DNA from: Legionellales bacterium
GTDB lineage: Bacteria > Pseudomonadota > Gammaproteobacteria > UBA1113
Direction of reading: 5' to 3'
Length of the DNA: 64,000 nucleotides
Assembly (NCBI GenBank): GCA_002709565.1
Contig: PAPY01000032.1
Span: 20,465 to 84,464 of the forward strand
This document shows positions 46,051-57,576 of this stretch, in pieces. Made by a program: the position numbers and the translations under genes. Below the pieces are notes generated by a model. The model was not told where the DNA came from. It worked only from the letters and a program-made list of their open reading frames with translations, and did not search any database. The stretch's first letter is position 1; every line of letters begins with the position of its first letter.

Positions 46051-46558
46051 AATGCAAACTAATCTAGGCACTATTACCATTGAGCTTGATTTTGAAAATA
46101 CCCCCATTACCGCAAAAAACTTTCAGCGTTATGTGGATGAGGGTTTTTATGATGGAACTATATTTCACCGTGTTATTCCTGGCTTTATGATCCAAGGTGG
46201 CGGATTTGAGGCTGATTTGGTACAGAAAGCCAGCCACGAAGAAATCGAAAACGAAGCAGATAAGGGCGGCAAAAATATCCGTGGCAGTCTCGCTATGGCC
46301 CGTACCTCTGATCCTCACTCTGCAACCTCGCAGTTTTTCATTAACACAGTAGATAATAAATTCCTTGACTACACCAGTAAGTCTCCTGATGGTTGGGGTT
46401 ATTGTGTGTTTGGCCAAGTTATAGAGGGTATGGATGTAGTAGACAAAATTGCCAAAGCACCAACGACGTTTTCCGGTGGTCATAATGATGTACCAGTGGA
46501 AGATATCATCATTGAGCGTGTGACAAGTGTGACTGAGTCATCTACAGTTAATTCGTAG
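46043..46558 (+). CDS. ppiB: Peptidyl-prolyl cis-trans isomerase B (cyclophilin); ORF-track start 45959 over-extended
   Basis: 'FHRVIPGFMIQGGGF', 'MAR...NSATSQFFIN'. Confidence 0.85.
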   Translation: MIEMQTNLGTITIELDFENTPITAKNFQRYVDEGFYDGTIFHRVIPGFMIQGGGFEADLVQKASHEEIENEADKGGKNIRGSLAMARTSDPHSATSQFFINTVDNKFLDYTSKSPDGWGYCVFGQVIEGMDVVDKIAKAPTTFSGGHNDVPVEDIIIERVTSVTESSTVNS

Positions 46559-46579
46559 GAAGTAGCGAAGGAGTCAGCC

Positions 46580-47578
46580 ATGGAACGTACGGAATCAACA
46601 AAAAAAGCCCCTAGTCGCTGGTGGTATTTGCTTGCGGTTATGATTATGTTATTGGGTCCTGTTTATGGGATCTATAATGTGTTGAGTACCAGCACTGCCG
46701 TGCATAAGGCTGGCAAGTATTTTATTACGCCAGGTGCGCTAAAAATCACGGTCAATAAGCCCGAAACCTATATCCTATGGAATGCAAAACAAACCATTTA
46801 TCAAGGCCAGAGTTATAAGAACGACGGCAGTATCCCAGCGATGAAAATTTTGGTGATGGGCAAACGGGGCAAAGCTGAAGAATTTGACAGTGACTTATCG
46901 ATGACGGCCCATTTCGGCGAAGAACATTTAAATTCTATCGGCAAAATTAATTTCACCGAACCCGGAACATATCAAGTTATGGTGATTGGCGATTATCCAG
47001 ATCGGGTTTTTTACCTCAATAGTTCGAATTTGGTTTGGGTGGTGATGAAAGGTATTTTGTTGTTTTTCTTATATTCTGCCATAACGCTCATTGCTGGTAT
47101 TGCAATGATCGTGGTGGTAGCGATGAAGCGCTCTCGGGCAATGAAGTCAGATACGCCGCAAACATCCATTATCGGTGCTGAGGGGGCGGGTGAACTTGAA
47201 TCAACTAGCGATGCAACGGCCAGTGAAGCGGTACTCAAAGACAGAATCACTAATACCGCGAGTATTTGTCACTTTAGCGTTTTGTTAAACTTGATATTGC
47301 CAATCCCATTTTTGAATATCATTTTGCCATTGATCGTTTGGTCAATGAAAAAGAACATGGACGAATTTATTGATTATCATGGTAAGGAAGCCATTAACTT
47401 TCAAATATCGATACTTATCTATACGATACTGTCGATATTATTGTGTTTAATTGTGATAGGGTTCTTCTTGCTGGTGGCACTGTTCTTCTTCAACATCATT
47501 GCGGTGATTGTGGCGGGCATTAGTGCGGCGAAAGGCGAACGGTTCCACTATCCCTTGTGTATACGTTTTATTAAATAA
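46580..47578 (+). CDS. Membrane protein, C-terminal DUF4870-like domain
   Basis: N-terminal TM, central soluble segment, C-terminal 'HFSVLLNLILPIPFLNIILPLIVW...YHGKEAINFQISILIY'. Confidence 0.5.
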   Translation: MERTESTKKAPSRWWYLLAVMIMLLGPVYGIYNVLSTSTAVHKAGKYFITPGALKITVNKPETYILWNAKQTIYQGQSYKNDGSIPAMKILVMGKRGKAEEFDSDLSMTAHFGEEHLNSIGKINFTEPGTYQVMVIGDYPDRVFYLNSSNLVWVVMKGILLFFLYSAITLIAGIAMIVVVAMKRSRAMKSDTPQTSIIGAEGAGELESTSDATASEAVLKDRITNTASICHFSVLLNLILPIPFLNIILPLIVWSMKKNMDEFIDYHGKEAINFQISILIYTILSILLCLIVIGFFLLVALFFFNIIAVIVAGISAAKGERFHYPLCIRFIK

Positions 47579-48408
47579 TGGAACCGACACAGTACTGCGA
47601 AGATAAAGTCGCCCCCCGGGGTTCAAGTCTTTACTACAGTTGTCTATTTGAGTCACAGCCCAAGCGCGAAGCCTATTGGGCTGTGTATGCGTTTTGTCGA
47701 GAAATTCGTGATATTTATTACGAATGTCATGAGCCCGATATTGCTAAACGTAAACTTGAGTGGTGGCGCGGTGAAATCGAGGCGATTTTTAAGGGTGCTT
47801 CTCGTCATCCAGTGGGGCAGGCCTTACAACAGCCCTTAGCACATCATCAACTGCCACAGCAATTGTTTATTGAATACTTGGATGGTTTGCAGTTAAAGCT
47901 CGACATGGATCATTGTTGCAGTGAGCAAGACTGGCAATTATTCAGTTACCGCGAGCAGGGCATACCGCATATATTAGCAGGCTATATTGGCGGATATAGC
48001 GAGCCTGCAACCATTAAATTAATTCATAACCTTGGTTTGGTTATCAACCGAGTGATGATGATCCTTGAACTCCGTCGTGATGCCTTGAAGGGCAAAGTCT
48101 TCTTTCCGCTGGCAGCGATGGAACGTGTGGGGGTTAGTCCCAATGATTTTGCCGATTTAACAATGACGCCGGCATTGATAACGTTATTAACGGAATTTGC
48201 TGACCAGGCACGGGGAGAATACCGTGATAATGTTGCTAAGATGAATAAAATAGATCGTAAACAGCAGCGCCAATCTATTATCTTCGCGGGTTTATTGTTA
48301 AAGCTATTGGATGTAGTGCAAGCTGATGGTTTCCCGGTATTCGAGCAACAAGTGCAGCTCACCCCACTGCGCAAACTCTGGTATGCTTGGCGTCTCCGAT
48401 CTCAGTGA
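47578..48408 (+). CDS. Squalene/phytoene synthase-family (trans-IPPS head-to-head) protein, Asp-rich motifs apparently degenerate
   Basis: '[13 protein letters not shown]', '[21 protein letters not shown]' resemble SQS/PSY blocks but lack DxxxD pairs. Confidence 0.55.
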   Translation: MEPTQYCEDKVAPRGSSLYYSCLFESQPKREAYWAVYAFCREIRDIYYECHEPDIAKRKLEWWRGEIEAIFKGASRHPVGQALQQPLAHHQLPQQLFIEYLDGLQLKLDMDHCCSEQDWQLFSYREQGIPHILAGYIGGYSEPATIKLIHNLGLVINRVMMILELRRDALKGKVFFPLAAMERVGVSPNDFADLTMTPALITLLTEFADQARGEYRDNVAKMNKIDRKQQRQSIIFAGLLLKLLDVVQADGFPVFEQQVQLTPLRKLWYAWRLRSQ

Positions 48409-50954
48409 ACCAGCTTCTTTAGATCATATACTAATGCCAATGCCTGTTTGGGGGTTAACTCATCAGCATCAGCATCTTGTAGCATTTCGATGATCCGGTC
48501 CGTATTGTCATGGACTTCTTCGATGCTAGTTGGGGTGCGCACTACTTCTACACTGTCACTTTCTAACTCCACCAATTTATTTTTGGCACGATTGATAACG
48601 GATTGGGGTACGCCAGCGAGTTTTGCAACTTGAATACCGTAACTCTGATCCGCAGGCCCTTCCTGCAACCGGTGCATAAAGCGAATGGTTTCGCCGTGCT
48701 CAACCGCATTGAAATGCATATTATAAATCTGTGGTTTGCTGGATAAGTGGGTTAACTCAATATAGTGCGTGGCAAACAAGGTCATGGCATTGATGCGATT
48801 CACTAAATACTCGGCACTGGCCCAGGCTAAGGACATGCCATCATAGGTTGAGGTGCCGCGACCGATTTCATCCATCAATACCAAACTGTCTGCGGTGGCA
48901 TTATTGAGAATATTGGCAGTTTCAGTCATCTCCACCATAAAGGTTGAACGACCACTGGCTAAATCATCTGACGCACCAATACGGGTAAATATCCTATCCA
49001 CGGGGCCAATGGTGGCGACTTCTGCCGGCACAAAGCACCCAGTATAAGCGAGTAACACGATGATAGCGATTTGGCGCATGTAAGTGGATTTACCGCCCAT
49101 GTTGGGGCCGGTAATAATCAACAAACGCCGCTTCTCGTCAAACAATGTATCATTGGGTACAAAGGGATCTTCTGTGACTTGCTCAACCACTAAATGACGA
49201 CCGGCGGTAATCGTCATGCCGGGCTTTGCGCTTAATGTGGGTTGACGTAAACATAAACTGTCTGCCCGTTCAGCGAAGTTTTGCAAGACATCCAACTCTG
49301 CTACTGCTTGAGCCATGGCTTGTAACGGTTGTAGATCAGTCGCAATAGTATCCAGTAAATTTTCATAAAGTCGTTTTTCTCGAGCCAATGCACGGGATTG
49401 GCTGCTTAGGGCTTTGTCTTCGAAGGTTTTTAATTCCGGTGTGATAAAGCGCTCGGCGTTCTTTAGGGTTTGACGACGTATATACTCCGTTGGCGCTTTA
49501 TCGGATTGCGCACGACTGATTTCGATATAATAACCATGGACTCGGTTATAACCGACTTTGAGGGTTGAGAGCCCGGTGCGCTCACGTTCTTGGGTTTCGA
49601 GATCCAACAAAAACTGATCGGCGTTTTGACTGATATTGCGTAACTCATCGAGTTCATTATCAAAGCCTGCGGCAATTACCCCGCCATCACGAATGATAAC
49701 CGGTGGATTATCAATGACAGCTTTTTGTAGCAATTCTAATAGGCTGGGGAAGGTTTGTAAGGCTTGTTGCAACTCGGTCAAACGCGAAGCGTTGAGTTGC
49801 TGCAAATGTTGTTGTAACTGCGGCAAACGCTCCAGCGCATCTCGCAGTTTGACTAAATCACGGGGGCGGGCACTCTTTAAACCGATGCGAGTAAGTATGC
49901 GTTCGATATCACCGATGCCTTTTAGGCTGTCGGCGATGGTATCGTGGTGGGATTGTAATTGGCCGACCGCAGCGTGTCGTGCGCTAATGATGTCATAATC
50001 ACGTAAGGGACGGTTCAACCAACGGCGTAATAAGCGGCTGCCCATGGGGGAGGCGGTTTTGTCGAGTGCACTCATCAAGGTATTGTCACTACCGCCACGC
50101 AAGTTAGTATCAATCTCAAGATTACGTCGACTGATATCGTCAAGAATAATACCTTCGTGGTGTTGCTCAACGGCTAATTGGTGGAGATGGGTGAGGTTGG
50201 TGCGCTGGGTTTCTTCGGCATATTGTAATAACGCGCCTGCACAGGTGATAGCTAGGGGTAAATCTTCACAACCAAAGCCACGCAAATCACTGGTTTGAAA
50301 TTGCTGGCACAAACGACGTTGGGCAGTATCTTTGTCAAAATACCAGGCTTGGCGTCGGCATAAGCCTTGGTGTTGTTCCACTAAATGTAAATAAGGACTA
50401 TCGTCGACGATCAAAATCTCAGCGGGTTTTAAGCGTTCAAGTTCACCGCGGAGCGCTTGTTCATTATCGACTTCGGATAGTAATAAGCGCCCACCGGCCA
50501 AATCGAGGCTAGCAATGCCGATGGTATCGTGATGGGCATGGATGGCGACAAGTAAATTGTCTTGATGGGTCCCCAATAAGGCTTCATCGGTGACCGTGCC
50601 TGGGGTGATGACGCGGGTGACTTTACGCTCAACAGGACCTTTGCTGGCAGCAGGGTCGCCCACTTGCTCACAAATAGCAACAGACTCGCCGAGTTTGATG
50701 AGTTTAGCGAGATAGCCTTCTACGGCATGATAAGGCACGCCAGCCATGGCAATGGGTTCACCGGCCGATTGTCCCCGTTTGGTGAGGGTCAAATCCAATA
50801 GTTGGGCCGCACGTTTGGCGTCATCATAGAATAATTCGTAAAAATCCCCCATACGATAAAACAATAAGATAGCAGGAAATTCTGCTTTAATTTTTAGATA
50901 TTGCTGCATCATTGGGGTATGTTGTTGCGATTTTTTGGTGGCTGTGGTATTCAT
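48402..50954 (-). CDS. mutS: DNA mismatch repair protein MutS
   Basis: '[13 protein letters not shown]', '[12 protein letters not shown]', 850 aa. Confidence 0.95.
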   Translation of the reverse strand: MNTTATKKSQQHTPMMQQYLKIKAEFPAILLFYRMGDFYELFYDDAKRAAQLLDLTLTKRGQSAGEPIAMAGVPYHAVEGYLAKLIKLGESVAICEQVGDPAASKGPVERKVTRVITPGTVTDEALLGTHQDNLLVAIHAHHDTIGIASLDLAGGRLLLSEVDNEQALRGELERLKPAEILIVDDSPYLHLVEQHQGLCRRQAWYFDKDTAQRRLCQQFQTSDLRGFGCEDLPLAITCAGALLQYAEETQRTNLTHLHQLAVEQHHEGIILDDISRRNLEIDTNLRGGSDNTLMSALDKTASPMGSRLLRRWLNRPLRDYDIISARHAAVGQLQSHHDTIADSLKGIGDIERILTRIGLKSARPRDLVKLRDALERLPQLQQHLQQLNASRLTELQQALQTFPSLLELLQKAVIDNPPVIIRDGGVIAAGFDNELDELRNISQNADQFLLDLETQERERTGLSTLKVGYNRVHGYYIEISRAQSDKAPTEYIRRQTLKNAERFITPELKTFEDKALSSQSRALAREKRLYENLLDTIATDLQPLQAMAQAVAELDVLQNFAERADSLCLRQPTLSAKPGMTITAGRHLVVEQVTEDPFVPNDTLFDEKRRLLIITGPNMGGKSTYMRQIAIIVLLAYTGCFVPAEVATIGPVDRIFTRIGASDDLASGRSTFMVEMTETANILNNATADSLVLMDEIGRGTSTYDGMSLAWASAEYLVNRINAMTLFATHYIELTHLSSKPQIYNMHFNAVEHGETIRFMHRLQEGPADQSYGIQVAKLAGVPQSVINRAKNKLVELESDSVEVVRTPTSIEEVHDNTDRIIEMLQDADADELTPKQALALVYDLKKLVH

Positions 50955-50984
50955 AGACTCATGTATCCCCGTTATTTGTAGCGA

Positions 50985-51470
50985 ATGATGCCAGATTTTA
51001 CCGCAATTGCTACACAGTTGGCTAAAGAAATGTTGAGGAAAAACCTCATCTTAGCCACCGCAGAATCATGTACGGGCGGTTGGATTGCTGAAGTGGCAAC
51101 GGCCATCGCCGGTAGTTCAGATTGGTTTGACTGCGGGTTTGTAACCTATAGCAATGATGCGAAACAGCGCATGCTAGGGGTTCGCGCTTATACACTCGAA
51201 TGTTATGGCGCAGTCAGTGAGAATACTGTCAGGGAGATGGCAGAAGGGGCATTGTTGAATAGCAATGCTTTGGTCAGTGTCGCCACCAGCGGCATTGCCG
51301 GACCCGCAGGAGGTACGGCGGACAAACCCGTCGGCACCGTGTGGTTCGCTTGGACCGGTAAAGGCTTCGATAGTCAGGCCGAGGTACAGACCTTTATAGG
51401 TGATCGGGAAGCGGTGCGATCTCAGGCGGTCGCATACGCGTTGCAGGAATTGATGGCCCTGATTAAATAA
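50985..51470 (+). CDS. pncC: CinA C-terminal domain protein / NMN amidohydrolase PncC
   Basis: '[14 protein letters not shown]', '[10 protein letters not shown]'. Confidence 0.8.
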   Translation: MMPDFTAIATQLAKEMLRKNLILATAESCTGGWIAEVATAIAGSSDWFDCGFVTYSNDAKQRMLGVRAYTLECYGAVSENTVREMAEGALLNSNALVSVATSGIAGPAGGTADKPVGTVWFAWTGKGFDSQAEVQTFIGDREAVRSQAVAYALQELMALIK

Positions 51471-51529
51471 TAACAAACTGCAGGTAAATAGATGGGGGAG
51501 TGTCTGTTTACGTGTGAGGAGAGGGTGCG

Positions 51530-52426
51530 ATGAGTTACAATAACGATACCTATGCCCGGTCGATGGGTGATGTATTTTTACTTAATGCGAAGCAATTGTG
51601 GGATAAATTAGTCGCCATTGATAGCCAGTTTGGCGAAGACGTTCTGCATCCTTTAAATGAATGTTTTAGTCAGAGCGTGGATGATTCCTTGCTAGCTAGC
51701 AGCGATGATAGTCTTGATGTCGATAGTTGTGATTCATCGCCAGGTTCACCACAACGACTTGAAACCTTGGCAGATGTCCCCCGCTCATCACCGATTCGTA
51801 TGGTGGATAAGCTAGCGAACAAAAGTGTCACTCGTTTTGGCGCTTCCCCGCTCAATGAAGAACCAATAAGGCGTTCCCTTGAAAATTCAGTAGGTCAGCT
51901 TTTGAAGGACTATGCTGACAGTGAACAACCCCATCAAAAACTTTTTGCCCATCTCATGCAATTGCGCGCAATGTTGGCTCGATTTCAACTTTTCGCCAAT
52001 AAAGTTAAAGGAATGAATATTGATGTTTACTCAAGAAATTTCCAAAACTTATTAGTCGAAGTTGATGGTTATCGACAGCAACTTATTGTTAATGCCAAAG
52101 CCATCAATGCGCTTGAAAATGCGGCTATGGCAGCTGATTTTTTAAAAGGTTTTGACGAGGTCCTGAATAATGCCTGTGATCGAATGATAGGATTCGCGAA
52201 AAAATTAGCTAATACTTTTTTTGAAGAGAAATACACGAAGTTTTTGTTAGAGGATACCAAAACAAATCTTGGAGAGCTGATTTGTTCTCCAGAGCCAGTA
52301 CCAGCACCCAAGTCTCCTGTATGGAATATGCTCGGTGGATTTATGAGTGCTCTGGGGCTAGGGAAGACCGCACCAGTAGTTTCTCTATCGGAGAATTCTA
52401 TGCGCAAGGGGGCTGGTCCAACCTAA
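51530..52426 (+). CDS. Hypothetical protein (298 aa), no signal peptide, Ser/Asp-rich N-terminal region + helical C-terminal region
   Basis: Long ORF with SD-like 'GGAGAGGG' upstream; no family recognised. Confidence 0.45.
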   Translation: MSYNNDTYARSMGDVFLLNAKQLWDKLVAIDSQFGEDVLHPLNECFSQSVDDSLLASSDDSLDVDSCDSSPGSPQRLETLADVPRSSPIRMVDKLANKSVTRFGASPLNEEPIRRSLENSVGQLLKDYADSEQPHQKLFAHLMQLRAMLARFQLFANKVKGMNIDVYSRNFQNLLVEVDGYRQQLIVNAKAINALENAAMAADFLKGFDEVLNNACDRMIGFAKKLANTFFEEKYTKFLLEDTKTNLGELICSPEPVPAPKSPVWNMLGGFMSALGLGKTAPVVSLSENSMRKGAGPT

Positions 52427-52486
52427 CTGCTATACTAAAACGATAGGCTGAACTTGAGAACCAACTGACATTCAAAGGAAGCGAAT

Positions 52487-53374
52487 ATGACTGAGGCAGA
52501 CAATCCATTAACCCTCATACCTGAGTTAAAGGCAGCGATTCAGCCGCCGCGGGTTGCTTGGCCAACGATTGTTTTGTTTTTTATCACTTTAGCGGTCTGG
52601 ATCAGCAGTACAGCCTTAGCGGTTCTGGGCACTATTCCTGCGTGGGTCAGTATGATTATTAATGGTATCGCCACTTATGGCTTCTTTACTATCATGCATG
52701 ATGCCTCTCATCGAGCAGTTTCTACTCACAAATGGCTTAATGAAACCCTAGGTTGGGTGAGCATTTGTTTCTTTGGGCCGTTAAGTTTTGGTTTCAGGAC
52801 ATTTCGTTTTTTGCACATGCAACATCACCGATTCACGAATCAGAAGGGTGATGATCCCGATTTTTGGGTTGCTCTGGGGCCTGCTTGGGTGCGGCCATTG
52901 ATGTTAGCGACCATTGATGTCAGTTATGGGTTGTATTATTTCAACCATATGAAGCAACGGCCACGTGGCGAAGTTTTATCCATGATTGTTTATAGCATTG
53001 TCATGATTAGCCTATGTATTGGTTTAATAGCGGCCGGTTTTGGTTGGCAGGTCTTGTTTTGTTGGATTTTGCCATCACGAATTGCCATGTTGTTGCTTTC
53101 TTTGGGTTTTGATTATTTGCCCCACCATCCCCATAAGGTTAAAAAGTCTGAGGATCCTTTTAAGGCGACGTCTATTCGTAAAGGCATGGAGTTTTTTTGG
53201 ACGCCCGTATTATTTTGTCAAAATTATCACTTAGCCCATCATTTGTACCCGACGGCACCGTTTTATCATTACAAAAAAGTCTGGCAAACCGGTGAAGCAT
53301 ATTTTATGAGCAAAGATCCGTTTATCATCGATGGTTTTGGTCATCCTATCTCCGGCGATGACGATTCAAAATGA
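52487..53374 (+). CDS. Membrane fatty-acid desaturase family protein
   Basis: His boxes 'HDASH', 'HMQHHRF', 'HHLYPTAP'; 4 TM helices. Confidence 0.75.
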   Translation: MTEADNPLTLIPELKAAIQPPRVAWPTIVLFFITLAVWISSTALAVLGTIPAWVSMIINGIATYGFFTIMHDASHRAVSTHKWLNETLGWVSICFFGPLSFGFRTFRFLHMQHHRFTNQKGDDPDFWVALGPAWVRPLMLATIDVSYGLYYFNHMKQRPRGEVLSMIVYSIVMISLCIGLIAAGFGWQVLFCWILPSRIAMLLLSLGFDYLPHHPHKVKKSEDPFKATSIRKGMEFFWTPVLFCQNYHLAHHLYPTAPFYHYKKVWQTGEAYFMSKDPFIIDGFGHPISGDDDSK

Positions 53375-53491
53375 TCTGCTAACTTTCTCTAGCTAGCCAC
53401 TTCTGTCACTCCCCATTCTGTGTGATAATGCTTTACTGCATTAACCTTGATTCTTTGTAGTAAACATTTAGCTAGTTAAGAGGAAACCCCA

Positions 53492-54523
53492 ATGGATGAT
53501 CAAAAAAAGAAAGCGCTAGAAGCGGCGCTGGGTCAAATTGACCGCCAATTCGGTAAAGGTTCTATCATGCGTTTAGGTGATGAAACCACTCCGCGAGATA
53601 TTGAAACCATTTCTACCGGCTCCATCGGTTTAGACATTGCCTTAGGCGGCGGTATGCCCAAAGGCCGTATTGTTGAGATTTATGGTCCTGAATCTTCCGG
53701 TAAAACCACATTAACCTTGCAAGTCATTGCTCAATGCCAAAAAGCCGGCGGCACGGCTGCATTTGTTGATGCTGAACATGCCCTTGATCCTGCCTATGCC
53801 GCGAAACTTGGCGTCAACGTGGATGACTTATTGGTGTCACAACCCGACACGGGTGAGCAAGCCCTCGAAATTACCGACATGCTAGTGCGTTCTGGCGCGG
53901 TAGATGTTGTTATTGTTGACTCGGTCGCAGCATTAACACCGAAAGCAGAGATTGAAGGGGACATGGGGGACCACCACGTTGGTTTGCAAGCCCGTCTTAT
54001 GTCACAAGCCTTACGTAAGTTAACCGGTAATATTAAACGTGCCAATACGCTGGTTGTTTTCATTAACCAAATCCGCATGAAGATTGGCGTGATGTTCGGT
54101 AATCCTGAAACTACCACTGGTGGTAACGCGTTGAAGTTCTATTCTTCGGTTCGTCTTGATATTCGCCGTACGGGCGCGATTAAGAAGAACGATGAAATCT
54201 TGGGTAATGAAACCCGGGTCAAAGTGGTCAAGAACAAAGTTGCACCGCCGTTCAAACAAGCTGAATTCGATATTCTCTATAACGAAGGTATCTCTTGGGA
54301 AGGTGAATTGATCGATTTAGGTGTGAAGCACAACATCGTCGACAAAGCCGGTGCTTGGTACAGCTACAATGGTGAGCGTGTCGGCCAAGGTAAAGACAAT
54401 GTGCGTAATTTCTTGAAAGAGAACCCCGAGAAGGCGCAAGAAATCGATGCCAAGCTGCGAGAAATCTTATTGCCAGAGCGTGGTGTGACTGCTGCAGCAC
54501 CAGCAGAGGAGGCTGAAGCATAA
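53492..54523 (+). CDS. recA: Recombinase RecA
   Basis: '[10 protein letters not shown]', 'VDSVAALTP', 343 aa. Confidence 0.97.
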   Translation: MDDQKKKALEAALGQIDRQFGKGSIMRLGDETTPRDIETISTGSIGLDIALGGGMPKGRIVEIYGPESSGKTTLTLQVIAQCQKAGGTAAFVDAEHALDPAYAAKLGVNVDDLLVSQPDTGEQALEITDMLVRSGAVDVVIVDSVAALTPKAEIEGDMGDHHVGLQARLMSQALRKLTGNIKRANTLVVFINQIRMKIGVMFGNPETTTGGNALKFYSSVRLDIRRTGAIKKNDEILGNETRVKVVKNKVAPPFKQAEFDILYNEGISWEGELIDLGVKHNIVDKAGAWYSYNGERVGQGKDNVRNFLKENPEKAQEIDAKLREILLPERGVTAAAPAEEAEA

Positions 54524-54537
54524 GCAGTGCGACGGAC

Positions 54538-54957
54538 TTGCGGCGTGCGGCAATGAATTTGCTCGCACGCCGTGAACACACGGTGTGGGAATTACAACGC
54601 AAACTCAGCAAAAAAAGTCAGGACAGCACCCTCATTACTGAAGTAATTCATGTCCTAGCGGATGAAGGGTTACAAAGTGATGCGCGGTTTGCTGAAGCGT
54701 ATTTGCGCATGCGGGCAAAGCGGGGCTTTGGCCCGGAACGGATCCAGTTAGAATTAGAAGAACGAAAAGTCGCACCTCATCTAATTGAGCGTGCGTTTCA
54801 GAATAACGACATTTGTTGGCAGACAGAGATAAGAACTGTCTGGCAAAAGCGTTTTGGTGACGAAATACCGACGGATTATATGGAAAAAGCCAAGCAAAAA
54901 CGATTTTTGCAGTATCGAGGCTTCAGTATTGGTCAAATCAATGCATTATTAGAGTGA
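54538..54957 (+). CDS. recX: Regulatory protein RecX
   Basis: 'LLARREHTVWELQRKL', conserved recA-recX order. Confidence 0.8.
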   Translation: MRRAAMNLLARREHTVWELQRKLSKKSQDSTLITEVIHVLADEGLQSDARFAEAYLRMRAKRGFGPERIQLELEERKVAPHLIERAFQNNDICWQTEIRTVWQKRFGDEIPTDYMEKAKQKRFLQYRGFSIGQINALLE

Positions 54958-54960
54958 CTT

Positions 54961-57570
54961 ATGGTAAAGAGTACAAAAGACATACGACAAGCGTTTTTAG
55001 ATTATTTTGCAAAACATGATCATGAAGTGGTGCATTCGGCATCTCTTATCCCGAATAATGATCCAACCCTATTGTTTGTTAACGCGGGCATGGTGCCGTT
55101 TAAAGATGTTTTTTTGGGGCATGAACAACGCCCTTATAGCCGGGCTACCAGTTCTCAGCGCTGTGTGCGTGCCGGTGGTAAGCACAATGATTTAGACCAA
55201 GTGGGTTATACGGCCCGACATCATACGTTTTTTGAGATGCTGGGGAATTTTAGCTTCGGTGATTATTTTAAACGTGAGGCGATCAAATACAGTTGGGATT
55301 TTTTAACCAATGTCTTGCAGCTACCCGCAGAAAAACTCTGGGTGACGGTGTTCGAAGACGATGATGAGACGGCGGACATTTGGCTCAATGAGATGGGTGT
55401 TGACCCAGCGCGCTTTTCCCGTTGTGGTGAAGCAGATAATTTCTGGTCCATGGGCGATAGCGGTCCATGCGGTCCGTGTACTGAGATCTTCTATGACCAC
55501 GGTGAAGATATTCCTGGTGGACCACCGGGCAGTCCCGAGCAAGATGGCGATCGATATATTGAGATCTGGAATCTCGTGTTCATGCAATATGATCGTTTGC
55601 CTAATGGTGTGATGGAGCCACTCCCGAAACCATCGGTGGATACTGGTATGGGACTTGAGCGTATTGCTGCGGTCATGCAAGGGGTTCATAACAATTACGA
55701 AATTGATTTATTCCAACCAATTTTACAAGCCATTAGTAAACTCTCTGGCGAGAAGGACTTAACGAACACGTCCATGCGAGTGATTGCTGATCATATCCGC
55801 TCCTGTGCATTTTTGATTGCTGATGGTGTGATTCCTTCTAACGAAGGTCGAGGCTATGTGTTACGGCGTATTGTTCGTCGTGCTATTCGTCATGGTCATA
55901 AGCTTGGGCTTGAGGGACGTTTTTTTGCGAAACTGGTTGAGCCATTGGTGGCAGAAATGGGTGAGGCGTATCCTATCCTTGTCAAGAGCCAAACCCACAT
56001 TACCCATATTTTACAGCAAGAAGAAGATCAGTTTGCTCGTACGTTGGACCAAGGCTTACAGATTCTGGAGCAAGACATTGCCGGTCTTAAAGACAAAACC
56101 ATATCGGGACAGACGATTTTTAAACTCTACGATACCTATGGCTTTCCGGCTGATTTGACCGGTGATATTGCCCGAGAACGTGGCTTGCAATTGGATTTGG
56201 AAGGTTTCAAGGCCGAGATGGAGAAGCAACGTTCGCAATCCAAACAAGCCAGCAAATTTGCCGCGGACTACCATGACAAATTACACATTGAAGGCGAGAC
56301 TGAATTCAAAGGCTATGATTATCTGGATCATCCCGCCAAAATTACTGGCCTCTACAAAGACGGTAATGCGGTTGATAGCTTAGTTGCCGGTGACAAAGGC
56401 ATTATTATCATGGAACAAACGCCATTTTATGCCGAGTCCGGTGGTCAAGTAGGGGACCAAGGTTTCATTGATAGTGACAATGGATCCTTTAGTGTCCATG
56501 ATACCCAAAAACGCGGTAAAGCTTACGCCCATTTTGGTGAAATGACCGAAGGCACTTTAAAGGCCGACGAAAAAGTCCACGCCAAAGTCGATTTGCATAT
56601 TCGTCATGATACTGCACTCAATCATTCTGCAACCCACTTATTGCACGCGGCGCTGCGAGAATTATTAGGCAGTCATGTGATGCAGAAGGGCTCTTTGGTC
56701 GAGGCCTCGCGTCTGCGATTTGACTTCGCCCATCATGAAAGCATCAGTGCGGCGCAATTGCGTGAAATTGAAGATCTGGTTAACGATAAAATACGTGCCA
56801 ATATGCCGGTGACGGTGCATAACATGGCACCGGAAGAAGCTATCGAAAAAGGCGCGCTGGCATTATTCGGCGAGAAATACGGTGATGAAGTGCGAGTGCT
56901 GGAGATGGGTGATTTTTCCATGGAGCTCTGTGGTGGTACCCATGTAGATAGAACCGGAGATATTGGATTCTTTAAGATAACGTCTGAGTCTGGTATTGCC
57001 GCTGGGGTACGACGAATAGAAGCGATCACGGGTCGAGGGGCAATTGCTTGGTCCCAAGCCTTGGATAATGAGCTGAGCCTTGCTGCAGCCTCTGTCAAAG
57101 CAACCCGAGATAATTTCAGTGAGCGCTTACAACAACTCTTGGAACGTAATCGTAATCTCGAAAAACAAGTTGAGCAATTACGTCACAAGCTTGCCAGTGG
57201 CGGCGGTGGTACGGATTTACTCGCCCAAGTTGAAGACATTGGCGGCATTAAAGTATTAGCCACTAAAATTGAAGGGGCAGATAGCAAATCTTTGCGCAAT
57301 GTTGCAGATCAGATGAAAGATAAACTGCAATCAGCCATTATTTTATTAGCCACAGTGAACGAAGATAAGGTAAACTTAGTGGCGGGTGTGACGAAAGATT
57401 GCACCACAAAAGTGAAAGCCGGTGATTTAGTCAATCATGTGGCGAGCCAGGTTGGCGGCAAAGGGGGCGGACGTCCTGACATGGCCATGGCAGGCGGTAA
57501 TGATCCTGCCCAATTGGATGCGGCACTGGCGAGCGTAAAGGAATGGATCACAGAACAATTGAACAAATAG
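54961..57570 (+). CDS. alaS: Alanine--tRNA ligase
   Basis: '[15 protein letters not shown]', 'GGTHV', C-terminal DHHA1; 869 aa. Confidence 0.97.
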   Translation: MVKSTKDIRQAFLDYFAKHDHEVVHSASLIPNNDPTLLFVNAGMVPFKDVFLGHEQRPYSRATSSQRCVRAGGKHNDLDQVGYTARHHTFFEMLGNFSFGDYFKREAIKYSWDFLTNVLQLPAEKLWVTVFEDDDETADIWLNEMGVDPARFSRCGEADNFWSMGDSGPCGPCTEIFYDHGEDIPGGPPGSPEQDGDRYIEIWNLVFMQYDRLPNGVMEPLPKPSVDTGMGLERIAAVMQGVHNNYEIDLFQPILQAISKLSGEKDLTNTSMRVIADHIRSCAFLIADGVIPSNEGRGYVLRRIVRRAIRHGHKLGLEGRFFAKLVEPLVAEMGEAYPILVKSQTHITHILQQEEDQFARTLDQGLQILEQDIAGLKDKTISGQTIFKLYDTYGFPADLTGDIARERGLQLDLEGFKAEMEKQRSQSKQASKFAADYHDKLHIEGETEFKGYDYLDHPAKITGLYKDGNAVDSLVAGDKGIIIMEQTPFYAESGGQVGDQGFIDSDNGSFSVHDTQKRGKAYAHFGEMTEGTLKADEKVHAKVDLHIRHDTALNHSATHLLHAALRELLGSHVMQKGSLVEASRLRFDFAHHESISAAQLREIEDLVNDKIRANMPVTVHNMAPEEAIEKGALALFGEKYGDEVRVLEMGDFSMELCGGTHVDRTGDIGFFKITSESGIAAGVRRIEAITGRGAIAWSQALDNELSLAAASVKATRDNFSERLQQLLERNRNLEKQVEQLRHKLASGGGGTDLLAQVEDIGGIKVLATKIEGADSKSLRNVADQMKDKLQSAIILLATVNEDKVNLVAGVTKDCTTKVKAGDLVNHVASQVGGKGGGRPDMAMAGGNDPAQLDAALASVKEWITEQLNK

Positions 57571-57576
57571 GGAATT

